64,000 nt of DNA, taken from assembly GCA_012295275.1 (NCBI GenBank), contig CM022671.1, forward strand, positions 14,136,001 through 14,200,000. The letters are read 5' to 3'. The notes beneath the pieces are model-generated. The model saw only the letters and a list, made by a program, of their open reading frames with translations. It did no database searches and was not told the origin of the DNA. Position numbers and translations under genes: made by a program. This document shows positions 37,003 to 51,646 of the stretch, one piece after another (the first letter of the stretch is position 1; every line of letters begins with the position of its first letter). The DNA comes from Chrysomallon squamiferum. Taxonomy: Eukaryota; Animalia; Mollusca.

Positions 37003-38162
37003 TATATATATATTTTATACATAAAGTGGAAACTGGCAAAACCGGATCATCACAGTACTTTAAAAATTGTTCGGTTTGAACAGAATCTGGTCTTTAGAAG
37101 ATTCTCTTTTGTCATAAATTTGGAAACTCAGATTATATTAGTTATTTCCCATGTGAGTTGATTCACCTTGCATTTCATTTTCCAACAAACGCATTCTTTT
37201 CATATTAAGAATACTATTTATTCTGTTTCTTTAAAATATCTGATACTGTCAAAGTGCCGACTCCAGTTCCAGTTTAATTTGGGTACAGATTTGGAATCTG
37301 GTAATAAATTAATTTTGGATTTCGATGAAACTTCAATTCACCGACATTTTGCTTTCACTTGACTAGACATTTTACAGGTATTGATGTTTGTTTTACATCT
37401 GCACTTGTTTATAGGTATCTATAAAATAAATGATTAAAATATGTGCATTGTTAATCTTTACAGTTGATTTATTTGTAAACTGTGAATAAAATGGACAATG
37501 GGTAAAGGGCTATGTCACTTTTAATATGTTTGTTGGCACATCCATAAAGTCATGCTGTTTCTGGTCAGGTAGCCAGCTGAGCTTACCTGGATTACAATTA
37601 TTAAGCAATAAAAAAAGCCTTTGGGGATGAAAACCAGTCCGGTATCCGTAATATATAGGATTCCATTTATTAAGAGTTTTAATATACACAATGTATACAC
37701 ATAAATTTGGGACTAAAAAAAAACATGGCCGTTGTAGACAGTAATCTGGGATAATCAGGAACAGGTTTTGCCACTTTCCACTCTGTGTGTGTATATATAT
37801 ATTGAAATAAAGATTTTCTTTGTTAGCATTCATTTTATGATAAAGATTATTGCTGATAAAGATTATTGCTAAATATTTGTCTATTCTATTTATTAAAAAA
37901 AAACATAGTTTATTTTCAGTAAAAACATTTATTTTATGATTTAAGTGATCTACAAATAAGAAGCATTCCATGGCAAATAAAACTATTTTAAATTTTTTCC
38001 TTCTTACAGTTCTATGAGTTTCCAGTTATTATTATGTCAATATTTAAGTTTTGTGTTTTCTTCCAGATTTGGGTTAGGAAAACTATGGACAACACCAAGT
38101 TGAGAATATATCTGTCACAACTTCAGAAGGGAAAATATATTTTGCGAAGGAGATCAACATAA
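33658..38162 (+). CDS. SUDS3: Sin3 histone deacetylase corepressor complex component SDS3, 9 exons, ~318 aa; 1-nt frame discrepancy at the start of exon 7
   Basis: Exons 33658-33775, 34506-34584, 34822-34969, 35128-35187, 35323-35419, 35599-35703, 36229-36396, 36736-36820, 38067-38162. Motifs [55 protein letters not shown] and [20 protein letters not shown] match SUDS3. Exon sum is 956 nt, one short of a multiple of 3. Confidence 0.95.
35704..36228 (+). other. U12-type (minor spliceosome) AT-AC intron, SUDS3 intron 6
   Basis: 5' end ATATCCTC; consensus branch site TCCTTAAC at 36212-36219; AC at 36227-36228; no polypyrimidine tract. Splicing gives KPSP-AQINFVL, aligning with recalled vertebrate KPAP-AQLNYLL. 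Confidence 0.92.
36951..37012. repeat. (TA)n microsatellite in SUDS3 intron 8
   Basis: Direct reading. Confidence 0.95.
37022..37381. mobile_element. Possible decayed Tc1/pogo-type MITE next to (TA)n
   Basis: Begins taaagtggaaactggcaaaaccgga (like tacagtggaacc-type termini), has several CCGG/CGG motifs in a CpG-poor intron and ends near acaggta. TIR match is poor. Confidence 0.3.
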
Positions 38163-38930
38163 GGCTTTTGATGACAGAACTTTTAGCTAGTGAAAATTAA
38201 AAACAAATTCTGCAAAAGAATTTATACATTCATTATGGATGTGTACAGAGACATTTTATTTGACTGGAAATGATTTCTTAAGTCATAATGAAATTTACTG
38301 GCTGAATATTCTCTGTCACTGAAATGTATGTACATATATTTTTTTAAGACATTATATTTTATAATTTTTTTTTTTTATTCCTTGTTTAATATAGTTATAT
38401 GTTTTTGTATGCTGTTAAAATGTAATGTAATTAAATTATTGTTTTGTTGAGTTTCTTTTCTTCTTTTTTATCCTAGAGAACAAAGTACATGAACAAGGAT
38501 ATGGATTTAATTAAATCACAACCAAATTGTTTGATGTGTTATTCCCTTTAGAAAAAATTTAGATATAATTAGAAATTTACCTCAGAATGGATTAACTATT
38601 AAGTTCACATTACCTTTTTTTGTGAACTGCTTGATCATCACTATCCATTTTATCTGTGAATATTCATTTCTTTCTTCAAGTAACATTAGAACATTATTAT
38701 TCAGCAAAGTTAACAGTTTGATTGAATTAGTATGTTACTTATTAATTTTTAATATTTTATTTTTTGTATCAAAGATAAAACTACATTCAGTTCATTAATT
38801 ACATACTTCAATTAACAATGTGGTTTATGTTTTTCTGGGCACCATGTTTTAGGAAAGTACATATCATTCTGGAAGATCTGCTGAACTGTTCTTGGCTTCA
38901 GTTGTATATGTTAATAATCTGTTTGTAAAA

Positions 38931-39628
38931 TTTTAGTTCAGTGGTTTGATTCTGCTGTAGGATGTAAGATCATTTCATATAATGTTAACATTTTGTCAGT
39001 TTTCAGTTCAGTGGTTAGATTACTGCTGTAGGATCAGATTTTCAGTTCAGTGGTTAGATTACTGCTGTAGGATGTAAGATCATTTCATATATGGTAACAT
39101 TTTGTCAGTTTTTAGTTCAGTGGTTAGATTACTGCCATAGGATACAAGATCATTTCATATATGGTAACATTTTGTCAGTTTTTAGTTCAGTGGTTAGATT
39201 ACTGCTGTAGGATGTAAGATCATTGTCATATCTGGTAACATTTTGTCAGTTTTTAATTCAGTGGTTTGATTACTGCCACAAGATACAAGATCATTGTCAT
39301 ATATGGTAACATTTTGTCAGTTTTTAGTTCAGTGGTTAGATTACTGCTGTAGGATGTAAGATCATTTCGTATATGGTAACATTTTGTCAGTTTTTAGTTC
39401 AGTGGTTAGATTACTGCTGTAGGATGTAAGATCATTTCATATATGGTAACATTTTGTCAGTTTTTAGTTCAGTGGTTAGATTACTGCTGTAGGATGTAAG
39501 ATCATTGTCATATCTGGTAACATTTTGTCAGTTTTTAATTCAGTGGTTTGATTACTGCCATGAGATGTAAGATCATTTCATATATGGTAACATTTTGTCA
39601 GTTTTTAATTTAGTAGTTAATATTACTG
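38931..39628. repeat. Minisatellite, 70-71-bp unit, about 10 copies including one internally truncated
   Basis: Unit tttagttcagtggttagattactgctgtaggatgtaagatcatttcatatatggtaacattttgtcagtt starts at ~38932, 39001 (truncated), 39041, 39111, 39181, 39252, 39323, 39393, 39463, 39534, 39604 (partial). Confidence 0.97.
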
Positions 39629-40073
39629 TTTCACAGTTCAGTATTATACAATTTGTACTGCACATCAAATGTTTATATATTTGATAATTCTCTCTATGGA
39701 GATGGTTCATTGTTCTCACTGATTACAGGTTCACATAATCAATGAAAGTATAAATTATTATTTTAATAAATAAATAAAATGAAAGAAATATTTAAAATAA
39801 AAAATGTTCACTTAATGATTTTTGAGTTTAATGGTGCAAGGGCAGATTACTGGTGATTTCCCAATAGCAAGTACCTCCTCTCCAAATATATATATATATA
39901 TATTTTTTTAAAATTTGTGCATGGATTTTTTGTTTGATTTTTTAAATTGAAAATTCTGAAATGATACCAATAATTGGATAAAATAACTGATATCTGCACA
40001 ATATCAGCAGATGTTGTTAAACTAATAAATGGTATCCATTTTAAGAGAAAAAACAACAACACTCCCCATTTTT

Positions 40074-40117
<44 letters not shown>

Positions 40118-40189
40118 GATTTGCTATTATGGACACCTAATGGAGTCTTGGTGTGCAGATATTAAAGGGTTAATAATTGCAGACTTATA

Positions 40190-40930
40190 TTCATCCGCAC
40201 TGGAGCAAGGCGCCCTATCTTTTTAAAACAAATAAAAAACGATTAAGGTTTTATGCCCTAATTACGTTAACAATAACATTACGCTAATTAAAGCGAACGT
40301 AACGTTCGTGTTACAGTGCGTATCGTAATCGGTGCTATCCAGTTCTGACCTACTTCTCTGCGCACTCACACAAAGGTGTGACCAGAGGGTCAAACATAAA
40401 CAAAGGTTAGTTCACTATTGCTGTCTTGTTTTCCTATGCTCCAAAATTCGAGGATGCTTAACTGTTACCAGAGTTAGGTTATAAAGCATTCAGGCAGCTA
40501 GCTAACAAAGCAGTGTGACATTTTTTTAAGCACAAATGTTGTCAGTGATTTAATAACGTCTGCCTTCAGTTTCCACAAATACACTGATACGGTCGGCCAT
40601 GGTGCGGTTGACCCAACAGCGGTAGTAACACTAACAGCCATAAAGTGTGCCAGAAGAAAAACGGAAAAGAAAGAAAGAAAGAAAATGATCTGTTTCGGTG
40701 ATTTATGTAAGTACACAGATGCACTGCTGATTCTCTGTGCATTCTTTATGCACACCACTGTTTCAATTATTACCTTTTTCTTTTATCGCCAGAATCGTCT
40801 AGGCTAAAACACTGCTGGAGTGTAATGTTGGTTTTACAGATTCCGTTATAAATGATAATGATTGATACCACAACATCAGATTTTGTCAGTACGTGTGCAT
40901 CAGTTTTGGTTTTCGTCGTTAATTCACGTT
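40190..40930 (+). promoter_or_regulatory. CpG-enriched patch, probable SPPL3 promoter with a non-coding first exon (candidate donor AAG|GTTAGT at 40406)
   Basis: Sharp local rise in CpG between CpG-poor SUDS3 3' region and CpG-poor 41.2-64 kb. The SPPL3 ATG exon has a splice acceptor, so it needs an upstream exon. Confidence 0.5.
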
Positions 40931-41364
40931 GTATTTAATACTTCAGTATTGTTCATGTATTTCATTATTGGAAATGGAAAAACAGTATTACTAATCGTAA
41001 TAGTATCAATATGTATCATTTATGTGCAGCATTAAACTGTACACAGGCTGTTCACGCAGATTACGGAAACGTACAGCTTGCTGTAAGTTTATCATGAATT
41101 TGTGTTAAAAACACTGACTTTATTCATTGCGGTTGTAAAATGAATGCTGAAAGAAGATTATGTTTTGCAATATCAGAATGATGAGATAAGACATTTAAAA
41201 TTTTGTATGGGTCTACTCAGGATATCTTTTATATTAAATATATGTAAACAGGATAAAAAGTTATAAAATGTAATAGTATAAATAATCTCTAAATGAACAA
41301 AATTATTATTTTTAATAATACTGCTCTTTCTTAATAGTTATAAAATTATTATTATTGTTATTGT

Positions 41365-41397
<33 letters not shown>

Positions 41398-43602
41398 AAT
41401 GAACATTAAAAATATTCCAGTTAGATCACTAATTGTAACTGGTATTGCACCACATGAAGCTGGTATTTACATTAAGAGACCATTAATCTTATGACGACAG
41501 CCTGCTGGTGGCAGAGTAAATTATTTGTTTCTTTACATGTTATAACTTGTGATGCAGCAGACAGATTCTGATGTGAGACATTTCTCAGTCCTGTTCTCAC
41601 CGACTGCTAACAGTACAACTGTTTTATTAAAGGATGAACTGTCTGGCTGAAACTATGAAAGCAAACTGAAATAATACAGTAGTAACTAATCTTTCATTAT
41701 TTATTTATTTTGTCATTATTCACTTCTTCATACAGAAACAAATAATTAAAGTTATATAATAATAGGACTATCATTTTATTCAAAGATACATGTTTTTGGA
41801 AGACTAATTTTTCTCCAACTTTTTTTTTTTCTCTCACAAAGATGTTAAGAGAAAACAGTTTGAACTGTAAAGATTTTTAGTAACTGAAGCATTCCACAAC
41901 TTAATCTGTGAAATGTCGTCAGATTTTGCTTAGAATGCATTCTGATAAGTATTTGTATTTCTTTACCTAGTTTCATGTCACTTGTGTCACCCTTTCTTCA
42001 AATGACACAGATTCTGTTGACCCTCAGTTTCGCAGACTTATAGGGGGAGCACCAGTGTGGAAAATGCAAAGGTCTGGAACATTTGTTGATGTAAACATTA
42101 ACCCTAAAATTTACTGAAACATTAAACCTCAGTACATGTGACAGCTGTATTATAATGTAATATATAATGTAAGAACAATACAGAGACATAAAACCAATGT
42201 AAACAAGTATCAGATCACACAGTATGTGTAAAGAAAAATGTAGGGTAGGGTGGGGTGGGTGAAGCTTGTTAGCTCAGGATGATAATTATGGATGCAATTG
42301 TAAAATGAATTCTTACCTTAATTCAGAATAACCTGTTTGTACTTTGGGTAAGGTTTCAAGTGGGAAATGGCAGTAAGTTCAGATTTTCTGAAATCTGGAA
42401 AACTGAGTCTATGAAATCCAGAGGCATCTGTATTTATATTATTATGTGTGTGAAATGTAAAAATTTGTTCCATGGGAGAAAACAGTGTTCTGATTTGTAA
42501 TTCAAACTCAGTCATATATGATAATGAAGAAGGATGCTGTCACTGTTTTGACTGATATAATACATTGTTTTACATGATATTAAATAAATCTACATGTACA
42601 TATATAAGTTTAAACAAATAATGGTAATGATGTAATTTAAATATCATAGTCTTTCATCTTGAATAACATTATAGTTTTATTACTCTTTATCAATCTTTGT
42701 TAAGTGTAAAGGCTGGAAGCAAAATGTCCAAGTAATGACAAACTGCAAACACTGTTATTTTTATGTTGTTTTTTTGTAGAAATAAAAACTAAGTTAATGG
42801 CTCAGTGACTGTCAGCAATTTGCATATTAATATTTATTACAGTGTAGGTCATTTGTTTTGATATGTAGTGAGTGAGGAAATCTTTGTTATTTTCACTGTT
42901 CAGTAGCAACACTATTTTTCCATAGACAGGAAAGTACTTGCCAGCAATCTTTGATGAACCACTCATGACTGACTAACTGACAGACAAGACAGATCATTCT
43001 TGCTCACTTCACTGGTGAGTAAATAAATCATTGGCAAGGTGGATTATCTATCAGTCTTCTAAGATTTATTTCTAAATTAACATGAAATAATCTTTAATAA
43101 AGTAATTACGTGAAAAGTATATATTCAGGTATCTGTAATACATATTGTTGAAGTTACATGATCATTAGGTATGATGAACTGTGCATGCTACAGTGTAATA
43201 ATGAGACTAATCTTGGAGATACTGATTGGAAAATGGCGTGCAGGTTTTCTTTCATACGTGTTAATATGGTTAGGATAGTTTACATGCGTCTCTTTGGAAC
43301 AGTGAGATTTCTTGTCATTTTCAGATACACTGTGAAATCCCTGCAGATCAAGTTAATGACAAATCTGTGTTTATCACAGGTATAATCCTTTTGGCTTTAT
43401 GTTACATATTATTTCTGGAAATAAATACGGAATCTTTTGTGAAAGTTTATCACAAGTGAAATAACTGCTGAGAGAAATCAGAAACAAACTTAGTAATTTA
43501 CCAGACAGAATTTCTTTCAGCCTTGAATATACACTGGTATTGAAAAAAACCACTACAATACATTGTTTATAAATGTTTATAATACAATAAAAAAAAAAGA
43601 AC

Positions 43603-43655
<53 letters not shown>

Positions 43656-46600
43656 CAAATAAATAAACAAATAAATTTTAAAAAATGTCTAATAAAAAAA
43701 TAATGTTTTCATAATATTACAGTTTGATCAGATATACAAATATTTATTGCTGAGCTGGGTCTGTGAGAAAACTGTGACAAACGCTTAATAGGATCAGAGT
43801 ATTTGAAAGTGATTTGTTGAGGAAGATCTCCTGTTTTACATCCTGCTCAGGATGCCTCTGGCTACAGAAAGTCCCTAATTACAAATGCTGTGTTACCAGA
43901 TCTTATGTGGCTTCTGGAGTTTGTTTTATTATTAGCAAATGTTGGTGTTGAGACGAAAATTAATTAATTTGTCGTGTTAATTTATTAGCAGTTAATTGTA
44001 CTTCAGGAATCTTTTTATACCAACCATCCCATAAGCAGGAACTGATTATGGAGCACTGGGTGGAATATGAAAATGCGAAAAAAAAGATTTGCTTAAGAAA
44101 TCTTTCAGACTAGTTTAATTTTATATATATATATATACTACTAATAATAAAAATAGTGAGTTGCTTTATTCAATACTGCAAAGACACTTGCATGTTTAAG
44201 GAGATCAATTTATTTAAATTTTTTAATTTATTTTTTTAATTATAATGGATATTCATTGATCTGGGGTAGTCATGGAAATGTTAATAATACACATTTTACT
44301 GTATAGATTACTAAAATACCAATCAACATAACATACTGAATTCAAATATATTTGAATAATTCAGACATCTTTTTAACATACATACCTGATATAAAGTATG
44401 GATTTTAAATTTGTTTTCACAAAATGTTAATCATTAACATTTTTTTAGTGTGTGTGTGTGTTTTTCAATATGATACAAAACTCTTCTGATGGTGAATCTG
44501 AAAACCTTGAGATGCCAAAACCTAAATGTTCCAATTTATTCATTTTGCATTTGTTTTGTGTAGGTTTATTTATATGATCAGCTTAGACAGAATGCAAGTG
44601 TGAAAAGTTTTTAATTTTATTAAGTCCACATGTAAATATGAATTGAATAGCATTTGAGTTGCATATTTTCTTGATACTTCAACATTTGTTAATATCATTA
44701 AGTACAGCTATATTGTATTTTCAGATCACCCACTTTCAGTAATTATCAGCAGACATTTACAGTAATATACATTAGGAGGTGAAGAAAATGGACATCACTG
44801 ACTATCACATGTTTTAAACTGACTCTGACTGTTTGCAGTTTAATACTATTAATGATTTTAGTTATTGCTCTTTTACTGAACACTATTCCATTTATTTCAA
44901 GGAGTAAAAATTTTTCTTTTCATTTTATCAGTAGAAATACTCTTTTTCATCATGTTGTGTGTTTATGTGTGTGTGAGTGCAATGTGCAAGGTCAGCATTA
45001 CTAATATTTATGTGAGGCTTGCACACTGTATATTTAGGTCACTATTGTCACCTGACACACTGTCACGATTATTCATTTGTCAGTATGTGTTTTTCTTCTG
45101 CTTATACACTTACATAATTTCCATGTCAGCTGATGAAATCTGTGTAGAAGAATGTCAGTGATGCTGAAGTCACTGACTGAACTTTCACTTGGAAAAAGTT
45201 TCAGAAAAAAGAAAAAGTGATTGGCCAAAAATAGCTGGATCATTTGTGCCAGATTTAACCTCCTTTTTGAAGAAGAGTATTAACATAGTATCATGTACGG
45301 AATGTAGTGTGAGTTAATTGTCAGTTTTAAAAATATGTTACACCTACTGCTGTGTTATATCTGTTATCTCACAACTAGAAAACATTGCTCTTGTAGCAGT
45401 TATATTAACCCTGACTGTGTAATTTAAAATTTATTTTCCATAAACACTGTGTAAATTATAACGCTTTATTTTCTCTTCTTTTTATGAAAGTATATTTGTT
45501 TTTCATAGATTAGATTTACTGAATTTTTACAGTATTTTACATTATTGCAAATTTGTTTTTCATAAACATTCAGAAATTATAAAAAGAATTAATACATTAT
45601 TTATATTGATGTCTTGTAGTCTGAAATATTGTAAAAAAAAAAACTCTGTGTCGTTTGCTAGGTTTACTAAACTGTTTACAGAAAATGAATAAAAGCTGGT
45701 ACCACAATGAAAATACACAGCTAATACATCACTTTACACCACTAACCAAGCTGACAGATAATACAGATGTGTTTTTTTTACATAAAATTCTCTTTACTAG
45801 GTAGTTTCTGATTTCAGGTAAATATTAAAGTAAAGTATGGACAATACGAGTAGTCTATTAGTTTCTCAAATCAGTATTGACAATTTCACAATGAAAAGCT
45901 CAAAAGAGTAGTTCCGGTCTGGTGAGGACAACACCTGCGCGCGCAAACTATGAAAATAGTGTCAGGTAAAAACTTCCAGTTTTCTGGTCTTTCCGGATTT
46001 CAGGATGCCAGATAATTGGTCTGGTACCTGTACATCAATTGCAAAAGAATTGGAAGAGAAATTAACTCATTATTTACTCTATATCAACTGAAGCTTTAGA
46101 CTAACATATAAAAATTTGGGTTAATGAAATTAATATTTTAGAATGTTAGATTTCAGCAGAGTTATAAATACATCAGTTCAACTTAGTGTACATATGTAAA
46201 AACAGTGTGTGGTAACACAACACTGGTTTTCTGTGATAGGCAGGGTTACTTCAGTGCACTAAATATGACAGCCACATCTGTATAACGATTATATTTCATA
46301 TGCTTTGGTAGAGATATACTGAAAGAAAATTTGATGTCAGTATTCTGGTTTTGTTTCACACCCATAACTCTAGCCATTACATCATATTAATACTGTCTTT
46401 AAATTTTACAAATCTGACTCCAGTACCACCTTCAAACTGTTGTTTTTAGCAACTATTTCAAATGACTTTTAATCACATTATTTTCCAAACCTGACTTCAG
46501 TATTGTTGTTTAATCTTCAGTTTTAGATTGTAGATCAGGATATTTTTTATGCAGAAATGAAAAGGAGAACAAATCTGTGAATTTAATTTGGAGATGTGCA

Positions 46601-49600
46601 ACCAAGGACTTTTTACATCTGACTGTGTAATGACTCTTGTGAACAGTAAACAGTGTTAACCTTCTGTGAAGAGTTAATTTTCAGGATAAGATTTTTACTT
46701 TGAAAAGGGTTGGATTAGTAAAGAAATGGTGGAAGATGGTGTGTCAGATTTAATAAAATTACTGGAAAAGTGCAAGTTAGTGTTTGAAAACTAAACATTA
46801 TAATAATTTGATTAAAAGAACATTAAAATTAAATGTATAGATTTTTTTTAGCTGTATCATTTTATTAAATATTTTCTATTAAAACCTTTGAATAAGAAAT
46901 AAAAATGGTTTTTGGGATATAAAGGTTAAAACTAATGTTGCCAATGCAATAACCATGTGAAAAAAGTAAATAAAAAATCACTAAATATTTATTACATTTT
47001 CAGAACCTTGGTTCAGTTTAATGTTCTTCCATGTGAAATTCTGTATTGTGTTTTTATGTTGGGTTTTTTCCAATGTCTCTACTTCACACCTGTTGACAAA
47101 ATTCTTTTGTCCCCTGTCAGCTGATGTTCTTGTATCCAACGTGGTCACTAGGGGTGGTAAGATTATTTGTTTGTCAAATTTCTTTTAAAACTAGATGATC
47201 AATAAATGAACACGGTCAGCCGACCTTATCTTTGGTTTGAAAATATACACTGTTCTTTTGACAGTATGTAGTTTGTTAGATTACATATATGATTTGATTT
47301 ACTTGAGATTTAGCAGTTCATAGTTTCTGTAGATGAGGTTCAAGTTATCAATGTGTACAGTGTAAAATTACATCAGTTTATATGAAATGTCCTCAGCATA
47401 CTCAGTTTGTTTTTCGTCACATCTGCAGAGTTCCTGGAACCAAACACTTACTCACAAGGTGGGCCATCAATAATTTTATTTATAAACTCTTTCAAAAATT
47501 GGCTTGCAAACTTTAATGTAAATGTAAAGCACATCTTCAGGTCAGGTTCAGATCCATGCACCTTGTAAAATGACTTGTGCACCTTGTCAAAAATTACTGA
47601 AGCATTTATTAGTTTTGTTTACTTTAATAGTGCTGTGTTTTATCATTTCGTTTCATTAGTAACCTGTCAGAATAACAGTCTGGTAATGACCGTGGTACAA
47701 AACACACGTGTAGAATAATCTCTACATACTCAATTATACAATCAGAATTCTTTGATGCATGAAAATGTTTAAAATAAGGACTGAAACAGTTGAATACATC
47801 TTTATTTTCATAACAAAGATAATTTTTGTATAAATGAACTGTGTATGACTGGATACATGAAAACAATATGGACCTATATGTGTATGTATATGTGTATGTG
47901 TATAGGGAATAACTGGTTTCTGTCTTAAAATAACAGTTTTATTGTGCCAAGGTTGGAATGGCCCAACTCAGTGAAGCCATGCCAAGTAGCTTCAGACCAT
48001 TAGACTTGAACCAATAACAAATTATTTCTGTAATCCCAGTAATAAAAAAATTAAACAGAAATTGTGTTATTTCTCAACTCACTGCTCTCATATGTATTGA
48101 TTTATTATTGATCTCATTAACTCCTAAACAGTTATACATAAAAAAAAAGTAGTTCTTAAAGACAGTTTATTTGTTTGTGTTTTTTTTTTTAAATGAAAAA
48201 GTTTTATTACACTAAAGAAGTAACTTTAAACAGTATATATATATATAACAAGTAGTTTTAGAAGTAAATATAGTTCCATCCCACAAAGCTATATTTTTGG
48301 TCAGTGCCCAAAAATATAGCAGTTTATACCCAACATATATAACACATAAACAATTAATAATAATGTTTGTAATGTTATTACAGTTAAATATATATATAAA
48401 CTTAATTTTTTTGTCATTTTGACATAAACTATGATAAAGGGTACATATCTCATTAATTCTGTATCAGATTTTATTGTAGACTTCATACAAAACTGTAATT
48501 TATGTAGCCTCTATTGACTATTGACAACATGTTGTGAGTAACAGAGACTCAGAATATCATGACAATAAAAAAAAAAAAAAAGGCATATATAGACCTATAT
48601 ATTGTATTTATTAAACATTCTGTGTGTTTCTTGTAAAAGTACTTTGCTTGAATAGGAAAGTATGAATATAGGTCAGATGTCACACATGAACCCTTCCAGC
48701 TAAATACTTTACATATATGACAAATCAGGATTACCAAAATCTGTTACAGTCATCAGTCATTGTTATGTGACCTTCATCATCTGTTCAGCATATGCAGACA
48801 TAGTCAGGTTAAATTCAGTATTAATACTAAATGTATCCAAATCTTCTTTTTGCTTTTTTTTTTTTTTTTTTGTTTGAGATGTGGAGGTGTTAGAGCCATG
48901 TTTAAGACTAGTGTGACTACAAAAAGATAGTTATATATAAACTGAGACTCTAGTTACAGTTACTGTGATGTGTAGAACCACATATTGAGTGAAAGGTTAA
49001 AACACGATACACACACACACACACCCGTGTCAAACAGATTAGTTTCTGTCTTACATTCATGTCCAGGTTCTAAATTATTGAGCCTGTGGAGAGGTAACTA
49101 TGTTCAGGTTGGTCTGCATCCATGGTATGTGAATCTGAATGAAACTCGAAAGGAAAGCAAACAGCTGTTAAAACGAGGACGGAAAGAAGTGGCTTCGGAT
49201 TCCGCTTATACAGACCTGGTGTGATACCTGTTGCTCAGGTAACAGTGGCGTGCAGTGATTGCATCAGTTTGAAATCCCTTTATGTCACACACCATGCACA
49301 AGCTGTTGTTTTATTCTAGCACATTTTTCTCCCGGTCTTTGTCCTGCTCTTTTGTTTCCAAGGAGAAGGACCCCTAAGGTGTGAACATCTATTGTGTTTT
49401 TCTTCATTGCTGGCCACTTAAAGAAATTTAATGATGTCTTTCACCTTTGGGTTAAACTGAGACAAAAGTAATATCAATCAGTCTGAGACAAAAGTAATAT
49501 GAAATCAGTCTGGCAGTCTTGGCTGCGACTCACTATCAAATCAGCCTCGGGGATATAACTTATTAATATATGACCCTTGCAACACACCCTTAACCTTTGT

Positions 49601-51294
49601 TCCATTCTAACCACCAAGTCCAGATGCATCAGGATTTTTTTTTTTAATTTAATTTTATTAGTTATATGACTGACCCATCTGTGACAGATATAAAAAAAAA
49701 AGCCCACAGAAAATAGAAAGGTATATGGCCTAGTTATATAGACTGATTTCCACTCGCCTGAAAAGCACATGTGTAAAGCAAGTCTTTGTTTACATAGAGT
49801 AGCTGGGTTTCTTTGTGTGCCACATTTATTGTATTTGTACAGGTAAGTTGAGTTTAGTGTCACTGTTGACAACGTGTATGAAATGAGATGTCATTTATTA
49901 TATATAATGTATGTGTTTCTTTGTATTGTATAATGAATATTGTAATTAATGTTTACCTTTAAATGTTAAAAAGAAATATTCATAAAAGGCTTACTATTGA
50001 TTTCTTTGATTACTTAAACTCAGTTATTTTAATTAAATATCATTTCGATAGTATTTGCCCTCATTCTTTTTTCTTCTTTCCCTCCCATTTAAAAAAAAAA
50101 ACTTATTTGTATAAAAATGGGTTTTTTAATATTATTTTTTATTGATTTGAATTTTTCCTGTATATGTTCATGATTTTTGTTTTACTGACTGAAATCACCA
50201 ATGGATATTTTGTATTTCTGATATATATTGATTTTGAAAAAACAAATGAAAAAAAATATCATACTGGTTCAAGAAGTTGTTTTGTCACTGAATTCTAAAG
50301 TATGAATGTTCACTCAGCTTTTATTTATTATTATTTATTATTATTATTATTGTTACACATGTATTAGTATTATTATCATATTTAGTTAGATAAACATTTA
50401 ATATATTTTGCAACACTAGTGTGATGAGTCATGTATTTTTACAGTTTATGCAACATCTGGTTAGATCTGTTTAGTGGAGGTAGATTAAAAAATAATTTAG
50501 TACCAACATAAACATTTCTGTTTTAAAAAATATATAATTTCAAAATAATAATAAAACAAGTTCACATTTGTTGAAATTTGTATTATTTTTTTTATATATA
50601 GCATTGTTATTTTTCAACATATAATTGTTCTGAATGAAGCTTTATTGTTAAATTACTTTTATATTTATAAAAAAAAGAAAAAGTCATTATGGTTTCTATT
50701 TCAGTATCAAATAAACTGAAAATATGAAAAACATTTTTATTTTTTACATTTGTATGATCCAAAATAATTTGTAGGAATTTGTTTGAAATTTAAATAATTA
50801 GTAAAATCTGGAAAAAAAAAATACACAAAATAAAACAAACTAATTTTCTTTGTGTCACTGTGATCCTAACCCAACTTGTTTGTTTGTTTATGCAAAAGTT
50901 GCAGTCTTCAGGTCTGTTGAAATGTGCACCTTATTTGTATATAAACATACCTTTATGTGTTTACAGATATAATTAGGTGAGATGGCCTTTGTGTGCAAAC
51001 GCTCATACATTGTTTTTTCTGCACATACAAATGTATGCAGTCATTTTCCATTCAGTCTTAGAGACTTGTTTGTATGTATCAACATGCATGATTGTCGAGG
51101 CCAACAGAAGCCTGTAATTGTGTTTTTTTTTTCTTCAGACCTGCATTTCTTTAAGGTCATAGCCGCATTTTCTTTGTGTATATATTACTCCTGAACCTGC
51201 CATTAATTCAATAAGAAATTGATTATGTTATCTAGTTCTGTTCTGTAATAAAAAATCAATACAGTGTTCTTAGTTTAACATTTTAATTTTATTT

Positions 51295-51340
<46 letters not shown>

Positions 51341-51540
51341 TTTTTGAAAGGGGGTATTATTGTTACAAATGTTTTTTTTTTTTTTTTTTAATATAAATAT
51401 GTCAGCCCATATGTTTACAAAGGAACACAGTGTGTTGTCCATAATGCTTTGAATGAGCATATTAGTCTGTTTTATGATCTTGTGTTAGGAGTATTACAGT
51501 TTAGATTGTATTTTATTTCCAGGATTGGATGTAGACCAGC

Positions 51541-51608
51541 ATGGGTGAAGAACAACTAACTGAAGCTGCCACAATATCGTAAGTTTTTATTATTTTTATT
51601 ATTAACAT

Positions 51609-51646
<38 letters not shown>

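Noticed and set aside
37510-37971. 153-aa - strand ORF in SUDS3 intron 8
   Set aside because: F/L/I/N/K-biased composition typical of chance ORFs in AT-rich DNA; no motif.
38931-39628. CRISPR-like array
   Set aside because: Whole units repeat with no unique spacers; no cas genes; eukaryotic context.
43374-43670. Poly-Tyr, poly-Ile, poly-Asn and CV/HT-repeat ORFs (also 53790-54101, 54931-55209, 29281-29598)
   Set aside because: Translations of microsatellites.
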